From positions 2,304,001 through 2,368,000 of the forward strand of contig OY970309.1 in the NCBI GenBank assembly GCA_963716395.1: a DNA stretch of 64,000 nt, written 5' to 3'. The position numbers and the translations under genes were made by a program. This DNA comes from an uncultured Fibrobacteria bacterium. GTDB taxonomy: Bacteria > Fibrobacterota > Fibrobacteria > UBA11236. Below, in pieces: positions 31,630 to 40,541 of this stretch (its first letter is position 1; every line of letters starts with the position of its first letter). The notes beneath the pieces were generated by a model. The model had not been told where the DNA came from and searched no databases. It worked only from the letters and a program-made list of their open reading frames with translations.

Positions 31630-34026
31630 TCAGGCCCTTGCGATGCGCACCCGGGTTCCGCAACGAACGGAGTTGCCGCTCAAGGGATCGAAATTCGGGG
31701 CGGAAATGGTTCGGGGATTCGCGCCTTTTCCCTGGGCGAACCTTCCGTATTGGGTATGTCCGGCGCCGAGCTCCATCACGGCCAGATCGGCCGGCACGGT
31801 ATAGGAAAGCAAGGCGTGGCATTGCAGTCGGCCGATGGGAGACTCGACCCAAACTGGATCGCCCTGGGACACGCCGAGGCGTCCGGCCGTATCGGGGTGA
31901 ATGCCCACCCACGACTTCCAACTTTCGGTGGCCCACAAGCCGCGCTGCAATCCCGACAACTCTTTGAGATAGGGGATATTGGCGCCGCTGCCTTCAGAAT
32001 AGGTCATGGGCTTGTAGGGAATGAAGAGCAGGGGATAATCGTTCTCCGATCCCGCGAAGCGCGGTTCCTCGGCATGCGGCAGCAGCGTCGTGGCCAGGGC
32101 AGGTTTTCCTAAGGCGGCCAAGGCCTGATCCGGCGTCTGATTTTTCTGTGCCGCCCAGTTTTTGATGCGCGTCTCCGCCAGTTGTGAGCGGAATTCGAAT
32201 TTTCCCGACGGCGTTGTGAAGACTTCTTTCCAGCTTTCCGCCGGCAGCGGATCGTCCTGCCAATAGCCGACCTGCGTCAGTTTTTTCATGAAGTCAGCGG
32301 GACTCTCGGCCTTCAAGGTGCCGCGTTGGGCGCCGGCGATACCCACCAATCGCTCTTCCATCGCCGACTGAAAGTCTTTCCACGGGAAAGACGAAGCCAC
32401 CGCGCCGCCGACGGCTTGTGCGATTTGGATCAAAACATCGCCGCTGTTTTGGGTGTCGTACAGCGGATCCACCGCCGGACGGCGGATGCCGATGGCCGCA
32501 CGGAATCCGAAGGGCGGAGGCGTGGCGTCTTCCCAGCGTTCCAGATAGGTGTGGTCCGGTAATATGAGATCAGAATAGAAGGCGCTTTCGTCGAGAAAGG
32601 GCGCGAAACTGACGATGAAGGGAATTTTTTCGAAAGCCCGGCGATACCGATCCGGGTCGTTTTTGGCGTACAACGGATTGGAGTAATACAACAGCAAGGC
32701 TTCGGTCGGGTAAGGCTTGGCCGCCAGCACGCTTTCCGGTAAAGCATCCAAGGCGGACGCGGCGAAGGGGAAGCGATCGCGCATGCGGCCGTCCAGCGCC
32801 GGTTGCTGCAACCCCGCCTTGGCCGCGGCGTCGTGGATCTCCGCCGCCCAGGCCGACAGCGGCAGGGGTTTTTTCACCACCATTCCTCCGGGCCGCTCGA
32901 TTGAACCCAGCATGGCGTTTAGCGCCAGCGCGCAGCGGGCGATGTTGAGGCCGTTGGAAGTGGCGGTGGAACGGGAATCGACCACCACCACCGCCGGACG
33001 CGAAGCCGATAATTCGATGGTCAGTCGGTAAATGTCCTGTTCGGGAATCCCCGTCAAGCGCGAAACCTTGTCCGCCGGATAGTCGTTCAGCAGGGCCGAG
33101 AAATCTTCGAAGCCGACGGTATGGGCGGCGACGAAATCGCGATCATACAGATTGTCTTTCAACAATTGATTGGCGAGTCCCAGTGCCAGCACATCGTAGG
33201 TGCCGGGGCGGATGCGAATCCATTCGTCGGCCACTTCGGCGGTGCGCGATTCGTTGGCCTCGACCTGCACGATTTTCGATCGCCGGGTGGGGTTCTCGCG
33301 CCGAAAACTTCCGGTGGCGCGCGCGAAGTGAATGCCGAAGCAGGTGGATTCGAAGATCCCGGATCCGAGGCTCAGGATATAAGACGTCTTGAGCGCATCG
33401 TAGCCGGGAATCTCGGCGCTGCCGGTTCCCATTTCCATGGCTTGCACCAAGGCGCCGTCGCCCGTCGAGAGGGGATCGAAGAAGTTCGGCGTTCCGTACA
33501 CGCGGCAGAACCGCTCCAGCATTTCCTTCATGAAGCCCCGCTGCCGGCCGCACAGGACGGCGAGCTTGTGAGGTTCGCCTTTCGTGCGCAAGGCGCCTAG
33601 ACGTTGCGAAACTTCGGCGGTGGCCTGATCCCAGGAAATCGGTTTCCACCGTCCCGCGCCCCGTTCCCCATCTCTTTTCATGGGGCCGCGGATGCGATCC
33701 GGATCATAGAGGGTGAACACGCCGGATTGTCCTTTGGGGCCGAGTTTGCCCCCCACCAACAGGCATTCGGGGTTTCCGTTGATCTTCACCGCACGTCCCT
33801 GCACCACCCGCACCTTGATTCCGCAGTTGACGGGGCATTGTCCGCAAGCCGTGGCGACTTGGCGTTCTTCGCCGAGATACCAGTGGTCGGATCCGGGAAC
33901 GGGCGCCTTATCCTCGGCAATAGCGAAAGGATCGGTATGCGGCAAGCAGGCCGAAAGCGTTCCCGCCGCGCCCAAGGCGCCGGATACCTGCAGAAATTTT
34001 CTGCGGGAAAATGATCCGGATTTCAC
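31630..34026 (-). CDS. Molybdopterin-oxidoreductase-family Tat lipoprotein (QrcB/ActB1-like, degenerate cofactor motifs)
   Basis: SRRKFLQ, lipobox LSAC, CGQCPVNC, LYDPDRIRGP, WKPISWDQA, ADEWIRIRPG, DLILPDHTYLERW, C-terminal domain IHP...QGD.VWVES. GTG34026 (GGAG RBS) preferred; ATG34068 possible. Confidence 0.85.
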   Translation of the reverse strand: MKSGSFSRRKFLQVSGALGAAGTLSACLPHTDPFAIAEDKAPVPGSDHWYLGEERQVATACGQCPVNCGIKVRVVQGRAVKINGNPECLLVGGKLGPKGQSGVFTLYDPDRIRGPMKRDGERGAGRWKPISWDQATAEVSQRLGALRTKGEPHKLAVLCGRQRGFMKEMLERFCRVYGTPNFFDPLSTGDGALVQAMEMGTGSAEIPGYDALKTSYILSLGSGIFESTCFGIHFARATGSFRRENPTRRSKIVQVEANESRTAEVADEWIRIRPGTYDVLALGLANQLLKDNLYDRDFVAAHTVGFEDFSALLNDYPADKVSRLTGIPEQDIYRLTIELSASRPAVVVVDSRSTATSNGLNIARCALALNAMLGSIERPGGMVVKKPLPLSAWAAEIHDAAAKAGLQQPALDGRMRDRFPFAASALDALPESVLAAKPYPTEALLLYYSNPLYAKNDPDRYRRAFEKIPFIVSFAPFLDESAFYSDLILPDHTYLERWEDATPPPFGFRAAIGIRRPAVDPLYDTQNSGDVLIQIAQAVGGAVASSFPWKDFQSAMEERLVGIAGAQRGTLKAESPADFMKKLTQVGYWQDDPLPAESWKEVFTTPSGKFEFRSQLAETRIKNWAAQKNQTPDQALAALGKPALATTLLPHAEEPRFAGSENDYPLLFIPYKPMTYSEGSGANIPYLKELSGLQRGLWATESWKSWVGIHPDTAGRLGVSQGDPVWVESPIGRLQCHALLSYTVPADLAVMELGAGHTQYGRFAQGKGANPRTISAPNFDPLSGNSVRCGTRVRIARA

Positions 34027-34042
34027 CGGGTTTGACTCCGCG

Positions 34043-34627
34043 TTATTGGTGGCACGTGGTGCAGGCATATTCCGCCCCTCTTTCCTTGTGGCACGCGATG
34101 CACTTGGACATGGTCAAATAGGCGATGTCGGGCTGGGATACCGGTTGCGACACCTTGCGCATGTCGCGATGGCAATCCCAACATTTCATCTGCCCAAAGA
34201 CGACATGCGCCCGATGCGAGAAATAAACATGGCCCGGTAACCTGTTCACCACGATCCAAGGAATCTCTTTCCCCGTCTTCAAATACTCGCGCACCTTCGC
34301 TTCTTCCGGGTTTTTCCCCTGGGGTTCGGAATGGCAATCGGCGCAATCGCGCAACAGGGGCAAGGTCGCGTGCGCCCCTTTATCCGCGAAGCGATGGCAA
34401 TCCGTGCAGTCCATGTCTTCGGCTTTGATATGGGCCGCGTGATTGAAGGCCAGCGGTTGCCGCACCGCCGGTGGGGGAGACAGGAAATCGATGGCGGAGG
34501 CGGGAATGTCTCCCGAGCGATTACACGCTTGGTAGGTCAACCCGATCGCGAGCAACGCGAACCAGGCCGGGAGAAGGAATTTCCTTTCTCCCCGCCGTCC
34601 GCTGAGTTTCCGCTTGCCTGGTTCCAT
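34043..34627 (-). CDS. Membrane-anchored pentaheme cytochrome c (QrcA/ActA-like)
   Basis: QPLAFNHAAH, five CxxCH (CTDCH, CADCH, CWDCH, CIACH, CTTCH), IPW..VNRLP.HVYFSH.AHV, LTM..CI.CH. Confidence 0.88.
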   Translation of the reverse strand: MEPGKRKLSGRRGERKFLLPAWFALLAIGLTYQACNRSGDIPASAIDFLSPPPAVRQPLAFNHAAHIKAEDMDCTDCHRFADKGAHATLPLLRDCADCHSEPQGKNPEEAKVREYLKTGKEIPWIVVNRLPGHVYFSHRAHVVFGQMKCWDCHRDMRKVSQPVSQPDIAYLTMSKCIACHKERGAEYACTTCHQ

Positions 34628-34656
34628 GTCGTCACCTATCGGTTTGCCGCGGGGGG

Positions 34657-35073
34657 TTACTTCGTGGTTGAATTGGCAACATCGTATTTCAGCGAAGCCA
34701 CCCAGGTTGCCAGCGTATCCAACTCTTCGTCCGACCCCTTGAATTTTTTCTTGTGCTTGTGGCCGTCCAGCTTCACCTCTTTTTTCAGCCACTTGACAAT
34801 CCAGTCCTTCTCTTTTTTCTTGCCCACGTCCGACAGATCCGGGGGTTCGATTTTTTTCCCCAGTAAGGCTTCATCTTCGTCCACGTCCGCGGTGGATTCG
34901 TCCGATTTCACCTTGGCGATTTTCAACGCGGAAATCGCATGGCATTGGGTGCATTTATTCTGGAGAAAGATTTTTTGTCCCGCCGGAACGGCGGCATCGG
35001 CCTGTGCGCGCATCGGCGTCAAGCCCGCCAGTAACATTCCCGTTCCGAGGGAGAGCAGCGTTTGTTTCCACAT
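34657..35073 (-). CDS. Periplasmic monoheme cytochrome c
   Basis: Signal peptide, GQKIF...KCTQCH, PPDLSDVG, WIVKWL; no Met after the heme motif. Confidence 0.85.
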   Translation of the reverse strand: MWKQTLLSLGTGMLLAGLTPMRAQADAAVPAGQKIFLQNKCTQCHAISALKIAKVKSDESTADVDEDEALLGKKIEPPDLSDVGKKKEKDWIVKWLKKEVKLDGHKHKKKFKGSDEELDTLATWVASLKYDVANSTTK

Positions 35074-35276
35074 GGTGAGGTTTCCTTTCCTTCCCGAACC
35101 GGGTTGGGTGGTTCGTTTGTCATCCACGACTCAAGCGAATATCGATCCAAATTGTTCCGACTTGGAATGGCCCGGAGTTTCGGCTTTTTAATGCAACTCA
35201 ATAGGCAAAGTGGCGAAACGGCAGAACTTTCAAGACAGACTGGCACGAATTTGGTGGGGAGCGTGCTTTCTCTTCA

Positions 35277-35315
35277 GGATGAATTTTGATCCCTATCCCG
35301 GATGAAATCTCATAC
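35277..35315. promoter_or_regulatory. Candidate tandem enhancer (UAS) sites for a sigma54 activator
   Basis: GGATGAATTTTGATCC (35277-35292, near-palindrome) and GGATGAAATCTCATAC (35300-35315), 23-bp period, about 115-155 bp upstream of the -24 element. Confidence 0.55.
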
Positions 35316-35430
35316 GGCCGGGTAAAAATACCGCGAAAGTCGCGAAGCCGGGGTAGTCGAAAACTGGACCCTGGAATTTATTTGTAATACCTGTCGCAAG
35401 AATGATGCGTTAAACCCGGCGAATGGGGGA

Positions 35431-35446
35431 TGGCATTGATGTTGCT
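35431..35446 (+). promoter_or_regulatory. Sigma54 -24/-12 promoter
   Basis: TGGCATTGATGTTGCT: GG-N10-GC with TGGCA and TTGCT, 33 nt before ATG35480. Confidence 0.8.
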
Positions 35447-35479
35447 TGTTGCGTAATCGCAGAACGGAGAAGCATCGGT

Positions 35480-36688
35480 ATGAAACCCCGTCCTTTACAC
35501 CAGCCTCTCATCCTTCTCGTCCTGATCGCCGGCGCCGCCCAAGCGGATTACATCAACAGCACCGTCACCCTTGGAGGGTATGCGTTGGATTCCAAGGACG
35601 CGACCAATAGCAACGACTTCTACCAAATGGAACGCGTCAACGTTTCGGCTTTGGAAAACGGCCTGGATCTACATCTCGCCTACGGCTATTCCGATTTCTA
35701 TGAAAAGCGCCCCAACACCTATCAGACTTCCAATCGCCTCGCCTTGGCCAATGTCGGATTCACCCCGGCCGGAATCGACGGGCTGCGCGTCGAAGGCGGA
35801 CGAGACTTCATGAGCTTGATCGATCGCCCGCTCTACTATGATGGGGCCGAAGCGCGCTATCAGTATCAAGGGTTTGTGCAGGCAGAATTGTTCGGCGGCT
35901 ACGGCGTTCCCACGGTTTATCAAAGCGATCTCGTGGATTTCAATTCGGACAAAGCCCTGATGGGCGGCAAGCTCACCTTCACCCCGCTTTCCCAGTTGCT
36001 CATCCATCTCGACGGCTTGGTCAACGGCCGGCAGGATGACGGAACGCTCGGCGGCGACATTCAGGGAAGCCTGGGCGACCAGGTCACGGTGTCGGCCAAC
36101 TCCGTCTACCGGCTGGATTCGAATTACTTCTCCCGGGCGGAAATTTCCGTGCTGGCCAGCGTCGTTCACCGCGTCCAGTACCAGCTTCGGTTCGGATACC
36201 AGGACGAAAAAATCGACTCAACCCGAAACTACGACTATTTCGTCAACCAGGCCCACCAGTACATGCTGACGGGGTTCGTGTATTCCTGGAACGAGAAAAT
36301 CAGCGCCGACGCGGATTACGGGGTGCTGATGTACACCGACACCACGGGCCAACTGGCGGATTTCAAACTGAATGTCTACGGATTTTTCGTGGGCGTCAGT
36401 CAGGAATTTGCCACCGTCACCGACGCCTTCGATTTGACGGCCGGCTACAGCAACACCTACTGGAGCCGTCTGCGCCTCGACGTGGCGGGAGATTACACCC
36501 GCTACGATTTGGATCCGGTCAACATCGGACTGAAAGCCCTCGACTTTTCCGTGGCCCCCACCTACTTCCTCGGCCACGGGCTCGAAGCGACCGTGGAGTA
36601 CGAATATCTGCACAACCGCATCTACGACAGCGACAACCGATTTTACGTCGGGATTAAGGAATCCTTTTTCAGAGGTCTCTCCAAATGA
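35480..36688 (+). CDS. Putative outer membrane beta-barrel of a porin-cytochrome conduit
   Basis: Signal peptide AAQA, about 400 aa rich in Y/F/D/N/G with alternating strands (LRVEGGRDF, YYDGAEARY, LEATVEYEY, FYVGIKESF); overlaps the multiheme gene. No terminal Phe. Confidence 0.72.
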   Translation: MKPRPLHQPLILLVLIAGAAQADYINSTVTLGGYALDSKDATNSNDFYQMERVNVSALENGLDLHLAYGYSDFYEKRPNTYQTSNRLALANVGFTPAGIDGLRVEGGRDFMSLIDRPLYYDGAEARYQYQGFVQAELFGGYGVPTVYQSDLVDFNSDKALMGGKLTFTPLSQLLIHLDGLVNGRQDDGTLGGDIQGSLGDQVTVSANSVYRLDSNYFSRAEISVLASVVHRVQYQLRFGYQDEKIDSTRNYDYFVNQAHQYMLTGFVYSWNEKISADADYGVLMYTDTTGQLADFKLNVYGFFVGVSQEFATVTDAFDLTAGYSNTYWSRLRLDVAGDYTRYDLDPVNIGLKALDFSVAPTYFLGHGLEATVEYEYLHNRIYDSDNRFYVGIKESFFRGLSK

Positions 36689-37437
36689 AGCAAGTAACTC
36701 TGCCGTTACTGATTTGGGGAATCGCCCTGGGAGGCGAAACCCACCAGTTCTCCCATTATCAGCACGTCAAAACCGAAGGATTGGAATGCACCGATTGCCA
36801 TATCAAAACCATGGTTTCCACCACCTTGGCCGAGGCGCGGGTGGGATTGACCTTGCAGGCCTGCGTGAAATGCCATGACGACGATTCCGACTTTCAGACC
36901 CCCAAGCCCATTGTGCTGGCCGACCCCAGTTTTCGCCTGGTCCGGTCGGACGATCCCGATTTGAAATTCAACCACCGGGCCCATGTGCTCGCGAAAGTGC
37001 AATGCGCCGCCTGCCATGGAACGATCCTGGATTCGAGCGACACCGGCCATGCGCTGCAGCCGGCCAAAAACCTGTTGACCATGGAAAGCTGCATGCAGTG
37101 CCATGTGCAGAAGGCGCAAGTCGCCTGCCTCACCTGCCATACCAAGGTCGACGAACCCCTCAATCATTTGAGCGCGCTGTGGATCCGCAGCATGGGCCAT
37201 GGGATGCAGGCCAACCTGAACAAGCAAGACTGCTCCATGTGCCATGACAAAGGCTCCATCACCACCTGCGCCGAATGTCATATGGGCAACGACGCGCGCA
37301 AAGTGCATGGGTTGAACTACCGGTTCAACCACGGCATAGACGTGAAATTCAAAAAGCTGGACTGCGCGGTCTGTCACGCACCGCTCGATCAATTCTGCGG
37401 GGATTGCCACGAAGGCAAGGGAAGGGTGTCGAGGTGA
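36685..37437 (+). CDS. Periplasmic nonaheme cytochrome c (c3/c7-like modules)
   Basis: Nine CxxCH: CTDCH, CVKCH, CAACH, CMQCH, CLTCH, CSMCH, CAECH, CAVCH, CGDCH; FSH..H and FNH.AH. Confidence 0.92.
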   Translation: MKQVTLPLLIWGIALGGETHQFSHYQHVKTEGLECTDCHIKTMVSTTLAEARVGLTLQACVKCHDDDSDFQTPKPIVLADPSFRLVRSDDPDLKFNHRAHVLAKVQCAACHGTILDSSDTGHALQPAKNLLTMESCMQCHVQKAQVACLTCHTKVDEPLNHLSALWIRSMGHGMQANLNKQDCSMCHDKGSITTCAECHMGNDARKVHGLNYRFNHGIDVKFKKLDCAVCHAPLDQFCGDCHEGKGRVSR

Positions 37438-37442
37438 AAGCC

Positions 37443-38198
37443 ATGCGGAAGTCGATTGCATACCCACTCACCGCCGCGCTGCTGGTCCTGGGAGGCTGCA
37501 GCAAGCTGGACAATCCGGACAAACCCGACGCCATGGCCTGCGATCTCTGCCACACCACGCCTTTGGACCAATTCGCGGTGCATCGGCTCCATCTCAGCAA
37601 CTTGGCCATGGCCAATTTTCCTTACCGGAACACCTCGCCCGACTTCAATTATCCCGTCGACACCTCCCAGGGGGATTCCACCTACAAGGTCGAGGTGGAT
37701 ACCGCTTTCAGATTCAGCCAGAGCGCCACCCTCGACCAGGCCATGCGCTATCAACAAAACCGGCTGTTGAACGAAGGGATTCAATGCGTGGACTGCCATC
37801 GCGGGTTGGATGGGAGTTTGGTGCAAAACAACGACCCCAATCACCGCAACGGCCGGGAAGATGCGGATTTCGATACCGTCGCCTTGCTGGAAAAGCATTA
37901 CGACGCCGTGGACACCGCCCATTTTCTGGCGACCGCTCCGAGCATGTCCTTTGACGGAACCACCTGCAACAACATGGTGTGCCACGGGGCGGGCCGCAAA
38001 TCATTACAAAACGTGGTGTGGAATACAGCTCCGAAACTGACCGATACCATGTCATGCCTCGGGTGCCATAACACCACGAATCATAAAATCGGCGTAAGTT
38101 GCGACAAATGTCACTATGACGTTACCCTGGACGGCGGGCAGACCATCCACAACTTTCGCAAACACTGGAACGACACCATCTATTACGGCAGGTACTAA
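37443..38198 (+). CDS. Multiheme cytochrome c lipoprotein (4 CxxCH + 1 CxxxxCH)
   Basis: Lipobox LGGC; CDLCH, CVDCH, CNNMVCH, CLGCH, CDKCH; H.NG and C4xCH...W...CxxCH pairing. Confidence 0.88.
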   Translation: MRKSIAYPLTAALLVLGGCSKLDNPDKPDAMACDLCHTTPLDQFAVHRLHLSNLAMANFPYRNTSPDFNYPVDTSQGDSTYKVEVDTAFRFSQSATLDQAMRYQQNRLLNEGIQCVDCHRGLDGSLVQNNDPNHRNGREDADFDTVALLEKHYDAVDTAHFLATAPSMSFDGTTCNNMVCHGAGRKSLQNVVWNTAPKLTDTMSCLGCHNTTNHKIGVSCDKCHYDVTLDGGQTIHNFRKHWNDTIYYGRY

Positions 38199-38234
38199 AT
38201 GTCCGGAGAATCTTTTTCTAGAGGAGCGTGGAAA

Positions 38235-39605
38235 ATGAAACAGTTATTGGCTTTACCACTATTGGTTATCGGCGCAATAACCTTCATGACGGGATGTATG
38301 GTGCAAGGCCCTCCGGGCCCTCCGGGGAAGGACGGAACGGACGGGCTGAACGGAGACAGCGCCCTGGCTTCCTGCATGAAATGCCATTCCGATTCCAACT
38401 TCAACATCAAGACCGAACAGTATCAATATTCCAAGCATTTTTTAGGCACGACCGTGGCCCGGGGCCAGAGCAACCGATTCTGTGCCCGGTGCCATACCAA
38501 TGAAGGTTTCCAGGAAATCACCTGGAATGGCATGCCCTTCGTCGCCGCCGAAATGCCGAATGCCACCAAGATTCAGTGTGCCACCTGTCACACCATGACG
38601 GGCTTCGATTTCTCAAACGATACGACGACCATCAATGAAATCTTGCGAACCAATACCCCGGTGCCCTTGCTGTATCTCAATCAAGTCACCTTATCCGGCT
38701 GGACCACCACCAATACCTTCGACTTTTCCCAGGGGGCGTCCAAGATCAATAATTTGTGCGCTACCTGCCATCAAATCCGCGGGGCCACGCAATTCACCTA
38801 CACCGACACGGTGGGAGGCAAGTCGGCCACCAAAGCTTTTGCGCAAATTGCCTACTTCCCGATGGGCACGGCCATTCTACCCGGCGATACCGCTATCGCG
38901 GCCAAAGGGAATCTGAAGCAGCCAGCCGATTCGGTCGCCTATCTAGTGGGAAGAAGCTTCGCGGTGCATAATGGCAACCAGTCGAACATCTTATACGGAA
39001 TGAACGGATACGACTTCGGAACGCCCATTGTCACTGGACCGCGGCATCATGCTAAGAGCAATTGCGTCGATTGCCACATGAATGCCTGGGATTCGACCAC
39101 GCATACCGGCGGACATTCTCTCATCGTGAATCTCGACGACCCCGCTTGCAACGCCTGTCACAATCTCCGAGATACCCTTGCCCAGGATTCGACGGTAGTC
39201 TCCGGCTTGCTCAAACAATTGGGCGATGCACTGGCGGCGCGGAAAGTCGCGGTGAAATCGACGAGTTCCTCCGGAGTGGTATCGTATTCCTTCCTGAACA
39301 CCCATGATTTCTACGGCAAGCTCTATTCCAACAACCCGGCGGATTCGGCGGTGGTTTACGCCAGCCTGACCTCGGCGAACAAAACCGATTCGGCCACCGG
39401 GGTGATCGACTACATCAATAACGTCACCTATTCGAAGGATTCGAATTTGAAGAATAGAATCGGGCGTAAGTGGACCTATGGCGAATTGGGCGCCGCTTAC
39501 AACTACGGGTTCATCAGCTCGGAAAATGATTTAGGCAAGCATAACAGCGACTATACCAAGAAGCTGCTGCAAGCCTCGATCAATTGGCTCGCCGCCCATC
39601 CGTAA
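38235..39605 (+). CDS. Hexaheme cytochrome c lipoprotein with collagen-like N-terminal stalk
   Basis: Lipobox MTGC, GPPGPPGKDGTDGLNG, CMKCH, CARCH, CATCH x2, CVDCH, CNACH, C-terminal D.G.HN..Y...LL. Confidence 0.9.
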   Translation: MKQLLALPLLVIGAITFMTGCMVQGPPGPPGKDGTDGLNGDSALASCMKCHSDSNFNIKTEQYQYSKHFLGTTVARGQSNRFCARCHTNEGFQEITWNGMPFVAAEMPNATKIQCATCHTMTGFDFSNDTTTINEILRTNTPVPLLYLNQVTLSGWTTTNTFDFSQGASKINNLCATCHQIRGATQFTYTDTVGGKSATKAFAQIAYFPMGTAILPGDTAIAAKGNLKQPADSVAYLVGRSFAVHNGNQSNILYGMNGYDFGTPIVTGPRHHAKSNCVDCHMNAWDSTTHTGGHSLIVNLDDPACNACHNLRDTLAQDSTVVSGLLKQLGDALAARKVAVKSTSSSGVVSYSFLNTHDFYGKLYSNNPADSAVVYASLTSANKTDSATGVIDYINNVTYSKDSNLKNRIGRKWTYGELGAAYNYGFISSENDLGKHNSDYTKKLLQASINWLAAHP

Positions 39606-39647
39606 CGAACCCCCCCGCAGGGGACGCAAAGGTCCCCGGTTGTAATG

Positions 39648-39688
39648 AAAGGCTTCAGCCCCCCCCAGGGCTGGAGCCTTTTGATTTT
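39648..39688 (+). terminator. Rho-independent terminator after the cytochrome operon
   Basis: AAAGGCTTCAGCCC-CCCCA-GGGCTGGAGCCTTTTGATTTT. Confidence 0.75.
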
Positions 39689-39872
39689 ACCCGCCCTGAA
39701 TCTGAAAATGTGAGCCGAGTCATTGGAGGCCCGGACTTTGCTGTCTTTGGGTGCATGATCAAATCGGATGATTTTCAAGACAATCATCTGTCATTAATGC
39801 AAACCTACGGACAATTAGACAAATCGAGTGGGGTCGAGAATGCGCCAATCCGCCGCGGTAAAACACTTTAGA

Positions 39873-40541
39873 ATGCAGAACGCCACCAAGCTGCGAATTT
39901 TTCTGGGGCTGTGCCTGTCGTTGTTCATGGTGCTGCTTTTCAGTTGCCGGGAAAAGAACGAGAAGCAGAGTTATTCCGAAGTTCAAGGCTTCGACTCTCC
40001 GGTTAAACAGGAAGAGATCAAGGTGCCGGCCGATCTCCCAGCCGATCCGCACGCGGGAATGCAAATGCCCGACGGGCAAAATCCCCCTGCGGGCATGGTG
40101 CCCGCCCATCCCGCCGGAACTCTGACATGGAAACTGCCCCCGGGTTGGACGGCCCAACCGGGAAGCGGCATGTTTTACGCCATGCTTACAACCGGTCCCG
40201 ACGCCAATGCCGGGCAAGTTTCCATCATCGTTTTGCCGGGTGAGGCGGGAGGATTGCCAGCCAATGTCGAGCGTTGGTTGGGGCAACTGGGTTTGCAACT
40301 CCCCGGCTCCGCCGTACAGAACTTCATCGCCCAGAGCAAAAAGATTCGCACCCAAGGGAACATGGACCTTACGCTGTTGGATTTCAGTTCCGTGGTCCCG
40401 GGTCCGGGCAATTCCATGCTGATGGGCATCACCAAACCCGGCGACGACTCCTACTTCATTAAAATGATGGGACCGAAAGCCGCCTTGGAAAGCCAGAAGA
40501 AAAATTTCTTGGACTTCTGCAGTTCCTTGGTCCTGAAATGA
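39873..40541 (+). CDS. Lipoprotein of unknown function heading the cytochrome c maturation operon
   Basis: Lipobox LFSC, PADPHAGMQMP, LTWKLPPGW, GGLPANVERW.GQLGL, YFIKM.GP; ATGA overlap with the ResB-like gene. Confidence 0.7.
   Translation: MQNATKLRIFLGLCLSLFMVLLFSCREKNEKQSYSEVQGFDSPVKQEEIKVPADLPADPHAGMQMPDGQNPPAGMVPAHPAGTLTWKLPPGWTAQPGSGMFYAMLTTGPDANAGQVSIIVLPGEAGGLPANVERWLGQLGLQLPGSAVQNFIAQSKKIRTQGNMDLTLLDFSSVVPGPGNSMLMGITKPGDDSYFIKMMGPKAALESQKKNFLDFCSSLVLK

Noticed and set aside
29202-34627. Calling the cluster canonical alternative complex III or polysulfide reductase
   Set aside because: The B subunit is split, actD/E/F and oxidase genes are absent, and the Psr-type Cys ligand is not visible.
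35191-35255. Additional sigma54 promoters (TGGCACGAATTTGGT on +; TGCCTATTGAGTTGCA on -)
   Set aside because: Each lacks one invariant dinucleotide (GC at -12 or GG at -24).
38235-39605. NrfA nitrite reductase
   Set aside because: No CxxCK motif; six CxxCH.
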